Below, piece by piece: positions 27,830 to 36,453 of a stretch of 64,000 nt of DNA. The translations under genes and the position numbers were made by a program. The DNA is taken from positions 80,869 through 144,868 of the forward strand of contig DWVI01000002.1 in assembly GCA_019120295.1 (NCBI GenBank), read 5' to 3'. Source of the stretch: Candidatus Onthoplasma faecipullorum (GTDB taxonomy: Bacteria; Bacillota; Clostridia; Christensenellales; UBA1242). Position 1 is the first letter of the stretch. Every line of letters begins with the position of its first letter. The notes under the pieces are model-generated. The model did not search any database, was not told the DNA's origin, and saw nothing but the letters and a program-made list of their open reading frames with translations.

Positions 27830-28828
27830 TTAAACAAGCACAATGATTATTCCAACTAATATTATTGCTAAATAAATAAGTTTATATTTTAAGTTAGGCT
27901 CTTTATATAATAAGCCACCAAATATTACCGCAACAATAGTTGATAACTGCTTAATAATAGAAACGCCCGTAACTAAAACGTTTGGCTGTGATAGTGCTGT
28001 AAATAAAAATCTGTCTGCTATTATCAATATAAAAGGAATTATATACATAAGATAATTTTTCCAATCGCTTTTTTGCACTTGCATTTTTCTTTTTTTAGCG
28101 CAAAGAACAAAGAAATATATCCAAATTATAATCGCCACAAACAGCATGAACCAAAATTGCATTTGATTTGTTGACACATGATTTAAAATTATCTTATCTA
28201 AAATTCCAGATGTTTCATTAAAAATACACGAAAAAATGAAAAATATTATCGCTTTTATTCGTCGTTTTTTTAAGGTTTGCATATCTGTTTCAACAATTAC
28301 ATTTTCTGAAACTTTATTACTTTTTTCTATGTATACATTTTCGTTTCCAATATTTTCAAATTTAACAATGTTTTTATTTAAATCAATTTTATTTAAATTA
28401 AAATTATTCGCGTTTTTTAATGTTTTTCTATCATATTGATTAAGCGTTATCAAACCCGCAAAGATTATAACAACCCCAATAAATTTCCACCACACAACCT
28501 GCTCGTTGAATATCAACATATTTGCTATAAACGCTATAACAACTTTAATCGCACTTATTGGTTGCAATGATGAAATGTAATAATTTTTAAGCGCTATAAG
28601 TTCAAACACCCATGCTTGTGAAACAATAATTGATTTTCCAAAGATAAATAAAATATATTGCCAACTAAGTGTAACCGCTTCTGCTGCACTCCAAGAAACA
28701 AGCAAAAAACCAATACTACTAGACACCGCCAACACAAATAATAAATTTGTTTTTTGTGAAGCCTTTTTTCTAAGTACAGTATAAAATCCAATTAAAAGCG
28801 CATAGATAGTTGCAAACAATATCCACAT
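27830..28828 (-). CDS. DMT/EamA-family transporter with an Asn/Lys-rich central insert
   Basis: The 332-aa product has about 10 hydrophobic segments in two halves. They are separated by a hydrophilic segment (NQYDRKTLKNANNFNLNKIDLNKNIVKFENIGNENV...). Confidence 0.7.
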   Translation of the reverse strand: MWILFATIYALLIGFYTVLRKKASQKTNLLFVLAVSSSIGFLLVSWSAAEAVTLSWQYILFIFGKSIIVSQAWVFELIALKNYYISSLQPISAIKVVIAFIANMLIFNEQVVWWKFIGVVIIFAGLITLNQYDRKTLKNANNFNLNKIDLNKNIVKFENIGNENVYIEKSNKVSENVIVETDMQTLKKRRIKAIIFFIFSCIFNETSGILDKIILNHVSTNQMQFWFMLFVAIIIWIYFFVLCAKKRKMQVQKSDWKNYLMYIIPFILIIADRFLFTALSQPNVLVTGVSIIKQLSTIVAVIFGGLLYKEPNLKYKLIYLAIILVGIIIVLV

Positions 28829-28834
28829 GCTTAT

Positions 28835-28863
28835 ATAATATCACTTTGCAAATCAATTTACAA
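28835..28863 (-). promoter_or_regulatory. Promoter placed for a leaderless DMT-transporter mRNA
   Basis: On minus, TTGTAA (28863-28858), a 17-nt spacer containing TG, and TATTAT (28840-28835). The ATG at 28828 follows after 6 nt and there is no SD. Confidence 0.5.
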
Positions 28864-28911
28864 ATTATAAATCACCATATACAAAAATTAAAACAATTTA
28901 AACGCACAAAC

Positions 28912-28937
28912 AAAAAAGCATATTTGCCTATATGCTT
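28912..28937 (-). terminator. Intrinsic terminator closing the CRISPR-array transcript
   Basis: An 8-bp stem, aagcatat (28916-28923) with atatgctt (28930-28937). On the minus strand it is followed by a U-run, seen as the A-run 28912-28917 on plus. Confidence 0.7.
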
Positions 28938-28981
28938 AATTCACTACCAATCTCATTCTCCTTAGCCTTTACACCCTAACC

Positions 28982-29147
28982 CCAAAACCACCAAACTCAA
29001 TAACATAACTCAAACTCTGAAAAAGCAGATAATGAAAATAAATAAGTTTTAGTACTACCTAGAATAACATAACTCTCAAACTAATTTCCAGTCTTAACTT
29101 TTGCAAACGGTGTTTTAGTAGTATCTAGAATAACATAACTCTCAAAC
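28982..29147 (-). CDS. placeholder
   Basis: placeholder. Confidence 0.
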
Positions 29148-29166
29148 AGGGGCATATAATAAAAAC

Positions 29167-29253
29167 AGAATAACATAACGAGTTCAAATAAATGTTTTTC
29201 TAATCATTGTGCAGTGTGCACATAAGGTCAAGGCTGAAGGGTCTTGATTTTTT
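29167..29253 (+). ncRNA. tracrRNA-like small RNA (~87 nt)
   Basis: A perfect TATAAT at 29155-29160 puts the TSS at about 29167. AGAAUAACAUAAC (29167-29179) pairs perfectly with repeat nt 9-21. GAGU forms the bulge. UCAAAU (29184-29189) pairs with repeat nt 1-6 and ends in a G.U pair. Downstream lie the hairpin tgtgca-gtg-tgcaca (29208-29222) and a terminator stem (29228-29247) with a T6 run (29248-29253). Confidence 0.55.
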
Positions 29254-29374
29254 ATTTAAGTTTTACATTTTTATTTTAACATAGTTTACGAATATAAACA
29301 ATATATACTCTAAAAAATTTGTCGAAATATAATAAATTTTTTAAATAAAATAACACCCCTAGATTTTAGGGGTA

Positions 29375-29398
29375 TTAAAAAAAGGCGTAACGCCTTTT
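29375..29398 (-). terminator. Terminator of the TasA-like gene
   Basis: The stem aaggcg-taa-cgcctt (29382-29396) lies 4 nt after the stop codon, with a U-run on minus. A second hairpin, accccta/taggggt, lies just downstream at about 29352-29372. Confidence 0.8.
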
Positions 29399-29399
29399 T

Positions 29400-29996
29400 T
29401 TAACCGCCAGCCACTGGCGAATAAGTTTGAAGCCATTCAGACGGTGCAGTTGTCCAAACTGCATTTGCAGCATTATTTGCTTGTTGAATTGTTTCCACTA
29501 TAACTTCAATTGAATATGTTTTGTTTGCATCCGCATTGGTAAGGCTTGTTGGTATAGTTATGTTTGTAATGAAATCTATGTTATCATTTGCACTAACTGT
29601 ACCATTGTAATAGTAGTAATCGTCGTCACCTTCCACCCAGTCACCGGTTGTTGTTGCATCTACATTCGAAGTTGCACCATCTGTGTTAGTGATGGTAAGT
29701 TTTGCACGCATTAATGCTTCTGTCATTTCTGCTGGTGCTGAAACACCTATCGCTTGGTCATAAACTGTACCAGGAAGTGCATCCCCTGCAAAAGTTAAAG
29801 TGCTAGCAGATGCTCCGCCCTGTGTAATAGAAATTGTAACAGGGTCGCCCAAAGTTATATCACCTGCAACAGTTGCACTCGATGTGAAGTATGCAATGGT
29901 AACTCCAATCGCAATAGATGCAATTAACAAGATTGACAAAACAATAATTGCAATGGTAGATGTGGAAACTCTACGCCTTGTTTTTGTATTTTGCAT
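29400..29996 (-). CDS. Secreted protein with a SipW-dependent-type signal peptide (TasA/camelysin-like N-terminus)
   Basis: The 198-aa product has the N-terminus KTRRRVSTSTIAIIVLSILLIASIAIGVTIAYFTSSATVAGD. The AYFT(S/D) motif after the hydrophobic core is the hallmark of the TasA/CalY signal class. Confidence 0.65.
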   Translation of the reverse strand: MQNTKTRRRVSTSTIAIIVLSILLIASIAIGVTIAYFTSSATVAGDITLGDPVTISITQGGASASTLTFAGDALPGTVYDQAIGVSAPAEMTEALMRAKLTITNTDGATSNVDATTTGDWVEGDDDYYYYNGTVSANDNIDFITNITIPTSLTNADANKTYSIEVIVETIQQANNAANAVWTTAPSEWLQTYSPVAGG

Positions 29997-30164
29997 ATTT
30001 TCTCCTTTTTACACATTCGTATTTTGTGAAAAGAAAAAAATATTATTCACTTTTCAAAGATTTTTCAAATTCTATTTTTTTAATGTATATAAATAAATCA
30101 TTTATCTAGCAATAAGAGTAAAATATTATAAACCCACTAAAACCTTAAAATTAAAACAAAAAAA

Positions 30165-30182
30165 TACGTTTATCTAAACGTA
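30165..30182. terminator. Bidirectional terminator
   Basis: The stem tacgttt-atct-aaacgta is flanked by an A-run and a T-run, directly after the stop codon of the gene at 30195. Confidence 0.8.
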
Positions 30183-30194
30183 CTTTTTTATTTA

Positions 30195-32063
30195 TTAAAT
30201 TCGTGTGCCTTCAATTTTTGATGTGTTTTTAGTAACTTGAACCACGTTTTTATAATTTGTGATTATGCTTTGTTCATAATCTGTGTAACCAGTGTTTGAA
30301 GTGTAATTTTCTTCGTCGCTAGACGCTGGATAAACTTCGTCAAACAACATATCAAAATAGGTTTCACCAGTGAGTGGGTTTATTACTTTGTAATATAAGT
30401 TACTACTTTCAGCACCTACTCTATCATTTTCACTTATATACACACCGTCAATGTTTGTGATAGGAACATCGTACGCATCAACATTGCCTACATAGAATAG
30501 TAAGTGAACGCCATAACTTGTAACACATAAATCGTCTGCACTACCAGTGCTTTCGTCCACAACCTTAGACATTCCGCCACTAACGCCTTCTTCAATAAGC
30601 CTTACTGCTTCGTCTGTGAATGCTTCTTCCATTGCACTATTTCCATTTGTGCCAACCACATATGGCATACCAGCGCTTAATGTTGCAGTGTCACCAGTGT
30701 ATTTGAACATAAACTGAGTAAACGCGGATAAACGGTCTTGATAATTAGAAATTTGCGTTATTGACTTATATTCAGCCATAATATCACTAAATGGCACTGT
30801 GTCACCAGTCAACTCTCCTGTTTCAGGGTCACGAACAGCATATTCTCCTGCGCTTATTATTTCAAGAAGTCGAGCATTGTATTGTTTGTCAGTTAAACCA
30901 ACTTCTTTGTCAAGTGCGGTTTTCATGTTTTGTTGAGTTGTTGAAAAACTTAGTAATGTGTGTGTGAAGTAACCAAACTGTGTGCCGTCTGACAAATTAG
31001 TGTTATGCCATAAAATCGTGTCACCACTTGTGCCTATGTCTTGCATGTCTGTTTTGTAGGTGTCTTCATGATTTCTATATTTAACGTAACTAATTTGTGC
31101 CATTGCTTTGAATTCTTCAAGCAATTCATTTATGCTTAAATCTTCATTGATTAAATAGTCAACTCGGATATTTTCTAAATATTGAGATTCTATTTGAGAC
31201 TCAAAATTTCTTTGTATAAATCTAATTAGTAAATCGTGAGTGTTAGTGTTATATTTATTGCCGTTTTCGTCACGCAAATAATATTCATAATTTATTAAGT
31301 CTTCCGCCAAAAGTGAAATTGCTTTATTTTTAATTTCTTCACTTCTATCTTCATTAACTAGGCTAGACTCAAAGTGTGCCATATACTTAGTTAAAATTTC
31401 TTCTTCAATGCCAGTTAAAGTGTAGTCCGCTAAAAAATTTTGGTCAATTAATGCGTCAAACATGTCACTATCTTCATTGTTTGCAACATATCTAATCTTT
31501 GAAACAACTCGTGAATAGTCGGTTGGTGTTTCAGATATTTCGGTCATATCCGCATCAGTGTAGTACACTATTTCGTCCACAACCACTGCACGTGGAGTGT
31601 AGACATAATCAGAATAAGGTAAAATTTCTTCTTCGTCTGCGGTTGTGTCGTCTTCTTCAACAATGTCTATATTTAAAATAGATTTTGCGTCATTGACATA
31701 AGTTTCCATTTGGCTATCAAAACTATCAAATATCGCTTGCACTGCATCATTAACTTGCTTATCAGTAAGCGCGTATTTTTCGTCACTCAGTGCGTATTGA
31801 TATAAAAGTTCCCTATCAATTAACAAATCAAGTGTGCTTTTTAATGCTTCGTTTGCTTCCTGACCTAATTGCTGAACATAATAACTTTGACCATAACTAG
31901 AATATGCGTTTAGCAGTTCATAACGGGTGATTTCAGTGCTTCCAACTGTTGCCACCACTTCGTTATAATACCTAACGTAATTTATAGAAAAACCTGCACA
32001 ACCTGAAAGTGTGAAGGTAACCATCATAAGTAAACACAAAACTAATGCTGAAAATTTTTTCAC
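30195..32063 (-). CDS. Lipoprotein, PrsA/SurA-like foldase (peptidyl-prolyl isomerase-like)
   Basis: The 622-aa product has the lipobox LSGC and a SurA-N-like start (VVATVGSTEITRYELLNAY). A parvulin-like motif (TSYGVHLLFYVG) lies near the C-terminus. Its position next to mfd matches what is seen in clostridia. Confidence 0.6.
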   Translation of the reverse strand: MKKFSALVLCLLMMVTFTLSGCAGFSINYVRYYNEVVATVGSTEITRYELLNAYSSYGQSYYVQQLGQEANEALKSTLDLLIDRELLYQYALSDEKYALTDKQVNDAVQAIFDSFDSQMETYVNDAKSILNIDIVEEDDTTADEEEILPYSDYVYTPRAVVVDEIVYYTDADMTEISETPTDYSRVVSKIRYVANNEDSDMFDALIDQNFLADYTLTGIEEEILTKYMAHFESSLVNEDRSEEIKNKAISLLAEDLINYEYYLRDENGNKYNTNTHDLLIRFIQRNFESQIESQYLENIRVDYLINEDLSINELLEEFKAMAQISYVKYRNHEDTYKTDMQDIGTSGDTILWHNTNLSDGTQFGYFTHTLLSFSTTQQNMKTALDKEVGLTDKQYNARLLEIISAGEYAVRDPETGELTGDTVPFSDIMAEYKSITQISNYQDRLSAFTQFMFKYTGDTATLSAGMPYVVGTNGNSAMEEAFTDEAVRLIEEGVSGGMSKVVDESTGSADDLCVTSYGVHLLFYVGNVDAYDVPITNIDGVYISENDRVGAESSNLYYKVINPLTGETYFDMLFDEVYPASSDEENYTSNTGYTDYEQSIITNYKNVVQVTKNTSKIEGTRI

Positions 32064-32242
32064 TTTGCTCTCCTAAAATCAGTAAAATTATTGACTATTA
32101 TAATATATTTTATAATAAAAGGCAAGAGATTTATGGTCCAGTTTGATTTTTTTAGAGTTTAGACAATCAAAATTTTAGTTATCCACAGACAAGTAAAATT
32201 AATGTTGAGATCTCACATTTAATTACAAAATTTTTTGTAACA

Positions 32243-35200
32243 TTATTTTTTGTAATTAGACAAAAACTCAATCATATACGTTTGCGCTGTAACCACACTA
32301 AATTCGCTTGGGCTAAGTGTTATCGTTGGAAGGCTAACATTTTCAAACTTAAAGTGGTCATACTTTCTCACTCTCTCCAACAATTCTTTAACGTCCACAT
32401 CTTCATAGAAAGTGATAGCCATTCGCGTTTTGTTGATTGTAATCAACTTTACTTTTTGGCTAATTGCAAGCGAACGCATTAAACCAACTTGCGCCAATTG
32501 ATAAACTTCTTTTGGAAGTCGGTTGTATTTTTTTAGTAGGTCATTTATAACACTGCGCGCACTCTCTTTTGTAGTTATATTTGAAATACGTGCGATAATT
32601 TGTAGTCTTTCGCTTTCGTTGTCCACAAAATCTTGTGGTATTTTAGAACTTATTGCTATATCTAACTTAACTTCGCGCTCAATAGTTACTTTTTCACCTT
32701 TCAGTTTTCTCATGGTTTCGTCTAGAAGTTTGGTGTATAAGTCGTAACCTATTTTTTGCATATGACCATGTTGTACTTTTCCAAGTAACTCACCAGCACC
32801 ACGAATTTGCAGGTCGCGCATGGCAATTTTAAAACCACTACCAAGGTTTGTGTTTTCCGCGATTGCTTGAAGCCTGTTGGACGCTTCTTCGGTTAGCGTC
32901 TTTTCACTTGCATAGGTAAAATACGCATACGCTTGCTCAGTATTTCGCCCAACGCGCCCACGAAGTTGATACATTTGGCTTAAACCCAATTTATCGCTAT
33001 CAATAACAATCAATGTGTTGGCTTTTGGTAGGTCCACGCCATTTTCAATAAGTGTGGTCGAAACAAAAACGTCTGTTTCCCTATCATACAATCGCTTTAT
33101 GGCATTTTCTAGTGCAATTTCGCTCATTTGACCATGCGCCGTGTCAAACCTAGCCCCTGATTTCACTTTTGCCTGCAATCTATTAGATAATTCAGGAAGT
33201 TTCATAACGTTGTTATAGACAATTAGCACTTGTCCGCCCCTATTTAACTCTTCATTTATTGTGTTAACAACAATATCTTCATTGTACGCTAAAACATAAG
33301 TTTTAACAGGCAATCTATCAACAGGCGGTGTGTTTATAATACTGATATCACGAATGTTCATAAGCGACATGCTAAGCGTTCTAGGAATTGGAGTTGCAGA
33401 TAAGGTTAACACATCAACATTTGCCTTCATTTTCTTAATTTGTTCTTTTGCTTTAACTCCAAAACGTTGCTCTTCGTCGAGTATCAATAAACCTAAATCG
33501 TGGAATTTAACGTCGCTAGATAGTAACCTATGCGTGCCACAAATTACGTTAAGTTTGTTTGACGCTAAATCTTCTAAAATCTTCTTTTGTTCTTTACTTG
33601 ACCTAAACCTATTTAACATTTCAACAGTCACGCCAAAATCACCTGTTCTAGATTTTGCCGTCATATAATGTTGAAGGGATAAAATTGTGGTAGGCGCAAG
33701 TATTGCCACCTGTTTTCCATTTTCAACCGCTTTAAATAGGGCGCGCATTGCCACTTCGGTTTTACCAAAGCCCACATCTCCACAAATTAGCCTATCCATA
33801 ACTTTTCCGCTTATCATATCACGCTTAACATCTTGAATTGCTTGAAGTTGGTCGTTTGTTTCGGTGTATGGGAAGGCGTTTTCAAATTCGGTGTATAAAT
33901 AGTCGTCTTCACTATACTTAAAGCCTTTTGTCGCCTTGCGCTTTGCATAGATTTCTAGTAAGTCCTTTGACATATCTTCTATGGACTGCATTGCCTTAAC
34001 TTTCTCACGTGCAAACTCTTTTCCGCCAAGTTTGTTTAGTGTAACATTATCACCACTTGCCATGTATAAGGACAAACAGTCTGCATTTTCAGTTGGGACG
34101 TATAAACTATCTCCACCGCGGTAGACGAGTTTAAAAAATTCTTTTTCCACTCCGCCAACCGTCATGTTCACAACGCCCATACATTTTCCAATACCATGAG
34201 TTGAGTGAACCACATACTCGCCCGCTTTTGGCAAATATTTTATCTTTTTATTTTCAACCGCTTCCGCTTCTTTTTTATGTGCAAAATTGGCTGAACCAAT
34301 ATATAACTTTTCTTCACTTTCAAAACAAATATTGTATGGAATTTTTAAGTCGGTCAAAATTAAACCATGTGCATTTTTATTTAATGAATATGCAATGCCA
34401 TTATCAGAAAAAATTTTCTTTATTGAATTTATCGTGTCCGCATTTTCTAAACATATATAAATTTGCTTGTCTAAATACTTGCTGGTTTCTTTTGGAAGTA
34501 AATTTAAATTGAAAAGATAGGAAGAAAAATTTATTGTGTCATAATTTAGTGACAAAATTTTAGAATTTAATTTATTTTTTAAATCGAGCGTATTTATATC
34601 AAAATTTTCAAAAAATATTAAATTTTTACTAAAATTTGTTAAAAATTCGTCTATATTTTTAATTTTTTGATTATTTTTATAAATATTTATTAAATTTTCG
34701 TCCTTAAACACTAACTCAATTTTGCTAAAAATAGACTCTATATAATTATTTGAAATTGTTTCAAAAGAAAGTTCGTCCGCAATAATTATAGTTTTCCCAG
34801 AATTTAAAACTTGAATTAAATCGCTTGTGAAAGGTGCAATAAATTCGCTTGGAATAAAATCGCCACGCTCAATAGTTTCAACAACATTTAATGCGGTTGT
34901 ATTAATGTTTAAATACTTATTAAATTCATGCGTTACTGCATTTAAACTAGACGGCAAATATATCCAATCTGCTGGAAGAATTGTAAATTCATTCAACTTA
35001 GATAATTTTGTGTAAGACAATGTGTCAAAAGTGTGAATTTCTTCAATTAAATCGTCAAAAAAATCAATACGAGTTGCAGTTTCGTCCTTTATATTAAAAA
35101 TATCTAAAACGTCTCCACGACGAGAAAATTCGCCTTTATTTGTAACGCTTTCAACTTTCCTATATTTAACTTTAATTAGGTACTTTTCAAGTTCGGTTAT

Positions 35201-35587
35201 ATCTAAATTTTCACCGACTTTAATTGACTTTATATTTTCATTGAACACATCAAATTTTTGAATGTGTGAAAACAAAATTCGTGGTGTGGAAATTAGTATT
35301 GTGTCATTTTGAGTTAGAGCATATTCTGCGCAAATTAAATCGTATAAATTATCCTTACTTGAAAATTTTGATATAGTGTAAGGTTTATCAAAATCGTCCA
35401 CAATAACACATTTTTTATTCAATGCGTCTAATTGCAATTTCATTTTTCTAGCATACTCAACATTCGGGCAAATAAAAATACCACTTGGAATTTGAGATAG
35501 CACTGCACCCTGCTCACCTAGCCCCAAGTTTGAACAAAATATTGTGGTTTTATTAATGTTGTCTAATAGTTGTTCTGTATTTTTCAT
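32243..35587 (-). CDS. mfd: Transcription-repair coupling factor Mfd
   Basis: The 1,114-aa product has helicase motifs (GDVGFGKTEVAMRA, LLILDEEQRFG, TLSATPIPRTL, QLRGRVGR) and the CarD-like segment (GEYVVHSTHGIGKC). Confidence 0.95.
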   Translation of the reverse strand: MKNTEQLLDNINKTTIFCSNLGLGEQGAVLSQIPSGIFICPNVEYARKMKLQLDALNKKCVIVDDFDKPYTISKFSSKDNLYDLICAEYALTQNDTILISTPRILFSHIQKFDVFNENIKSIKVGENLDITELEKYLIKVKYRKVESVTNKGEFSRRGDVLDIFNIKDETATRIDFFDDLIEEIHTFDTLSYTKLSKLNEFTILPADWIYLPSSLNAVTHEFNKYLNINTTALNVVETIERGDFIPSEFIAPFTSDLIQVLNSGKTIIIADELSFETISNNYIESIFSKIELVFKDENLINIYKNNQKIKNIDEFLTNFSKNLIFFENFDINTLDLKNKLNSKILSLNYDTINFSSYLFNLNLLPKETSKYLDKQIYICLENADTINSIKKIFSDNGIAYSLNKNAHGLILTDLKIPYNICFESEEKLYIGSANFAHKKEAEAVENKKIKYLPKAGEYVVHSTHGIGKCMGVVNMTVGGVEKEFFKLVYRGGDSLYVPTENADCLSLYMASGDNVTLNKLGGKEFAREKVKAMQSIEDMSKDLLEIYAKRKATKGFKYSEDDYLYTEFENAFPYTETNDQLQAIQDVKRDMISGKVMDRLICGDVGFGKTEVAMRALFKAVENGKQVAILAPTTILSLQHYMTAKSRTGDFGVTVEMLNRFRSSKEQKKILEDLASNKLNVICGTHRLLSSDVKFHDLGLLILDEEQRFGVKAKEQIKKMKANVDVLTLSATPIPRTLSMSLMNIRDISIINTPPVDRLPVKTYVLAYNEDIVVNTINEELNRGGQVLIVYNNVMKLPELSNRLQAKVKSGARFDTAHGQMSEIALENAIKRLYDRETDVFVSTTLIENGVDLPKANTLIVIDSDKLGLSQMYQLRGRVGRNTEQAYAYFTYASEKTLTEEASNRLQAIAENTNLGSGFKIAMRDLQIRGAGELLGKVQHGHMQKIGYDLYTKLLDETMRKLKGEKVTIEREVKLDIAISSKIPQDFVDNESERLQIIARISNITTKESARSVINDLLKKYNRLPKEVYQLAQVGLMRSLAISQKVKLITINKTRMAITFYEDVDVKELLERVRKYDHFKFENVSLPTITLSPSEFSVVTAQTYMIEFLSNYKK

Positions 35588-35695
35588 AATATTTATTTTT
35601 TAAATTATTTAAAAATTTTATTTTTATTTTTTATTTTTATCAATAAAATTAACTATTTTTTAATTTTTTATTTTATTTAAAATTTATAATGTAAT

Positions 35696-36238
35696 TTAAT
35701 TTTTAATATTTATTGTGATATCTTCTTTAATTTCACCAGTTATAAATTTTTCAATTATATCGCAAGCGGTATTGTAACTTTCGTTCATAATTTCTTTACT
35801 TGATAAATCAATTTCACTTAACACATAGTCTGCTAGTTTCATACTTGTATCTTTATCAATTCCAACTCTAAGTCTTGGAGTTATTCCAACCTTGTTTACA
35901 ATATCTCTAAGCCCATTGTGTGTTCCTGCAGAGCCTGTGAACCTAAAACGAATTCTACCTTTTGGCATGTCAATATCGTCAAGCACAATTAAAATATCAC
36001 TGAGTGGCACTTTAAAATATTTTTTCAATTCATACACACTATCACCAGACAAATTCATATAGGTTTGCGGTTTTGCTAAAATATAATCTTCACCCATTGC
36101 AATAAGTGCTTTGCATTTATTTTTGCTAAACTTTAACCCATTTTTCTTAGCAAACATATCCACAACCGAAAAACCAACGTTGTGGTACGTATTTTTATAC
36201 TTTCCATCAGGATTGCCTAACCCTACAATTAATTTCAT
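35696..36238 (-). CDS. pth: Peptidyl-tRNA hydrolase
   Basis: MKLIVGLGNPDGKYKNTYHNVGF... is a canonical Pth N-terminus. The start was moved to the ATG at 36238, which is preceded by a GGAG SD. The 44 upstream codons of the tracked ORF are AT-rich and non-conserved. Confidence 0.92.
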   Translation of the reverse strand: MKLIVGLGNPDGKYKNTYHNVGFSVVDMFAKKNGLKFSKNKCKALIAMGEDYILAKPQTYMNLSGDSVYELKKYFKVPLSDILIVLDDIDMPKGRIRFRFTGSAGTHNGLRDIVNKVGITPRLRVGIDKDTSMKLADYVLSEIDLSSKEIMNESYNTACDIIEKFITGEIKEDITINIKN

Positions 36239-36384
36239 ATATTTCTCCAATCTCCAATTAACGTATTTAAATAAAACAATTAGTAGCATTTGAACTTTAT
36301 ATAATAAAAAAGTATTTATTTTTAACTTAACGATTATAGCATAAAACAAAAACAATTTCAATATATACAAATTAAATTTGCATT

Positions 36385-36416
36385 AAAAAAGAACTTAAAA
36401 TTTACGTTTTAAGTTC
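36385..36416 (-). terminator. Terminator after the COG0523 GTPase gene
   Basis: A 10-bp stem, gaacttaaaa with ttttaagttc, with a U-run on minus. Confidence 0.8.
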
Positions 36417-36453
36417 TAGTTTATTTTTATTCATATTTTTAGAATTTCAATTC

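Noticed and set aside
28982-29147. A feature-list entry with these coordinates is typed CDS and carries placeholder text and confidence 0. I also first read the CRISPR repeat in the plus orientation (GTTTTAGTACTACCTAG...CAAAC).
   Set aside because: The entry is a formatting slip and should be ignored as a CDS. The intended call for 28982..29147 is a minus-strand CRISPR array with confidence of about 0.65. It has repeats at 29112-29147 and 29046-29081, a degenerate terminal repeat at 28982-29015, and spacers at 29082-29111 and 29016-29045. The plus-strand reading was rejected for four reasons. The minus-strand reading matches the type II-A consensus (GTTT.AGAG.TATG...AAAAC). The degenerate repeat then sits at the distal end. 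A minus-strand terminator follows the array. The plus-strand partial copy at 29167-29189 then acts as a complementary anti-repeat.
29320-29326. A perfect Spo0A box (TGTCGAA) between the tracrRNA terminator and the TasA-like gene terminators
   Set aside because: It is a single 7-mer with no adjacent promoter or second box. It lies between two terminators, so it is most likely a chance occurrence.
32190-32225. The palindrome tgagatctca, with partial flanking symmetry, just downstream of mfd
   Set aside because: It is a 10-bp perfect palindrome containing a BglII-type site. No T-run follows it, so it is not a terminator, and there is no second copy. The evidence is insufficient for an operator call.
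36239-36370. The N-terminal 44-codon extension of the pth ORF, and the similar extensions of gltX (46858-46950), the SDR gene (44699-44746) and rplK (50780-50833)
   Set aside because: The conserved protein N-termini begin at internal Met codons. These have proper SDs or promoters. The extensions overlap upstream genes or AT-rich spacers.
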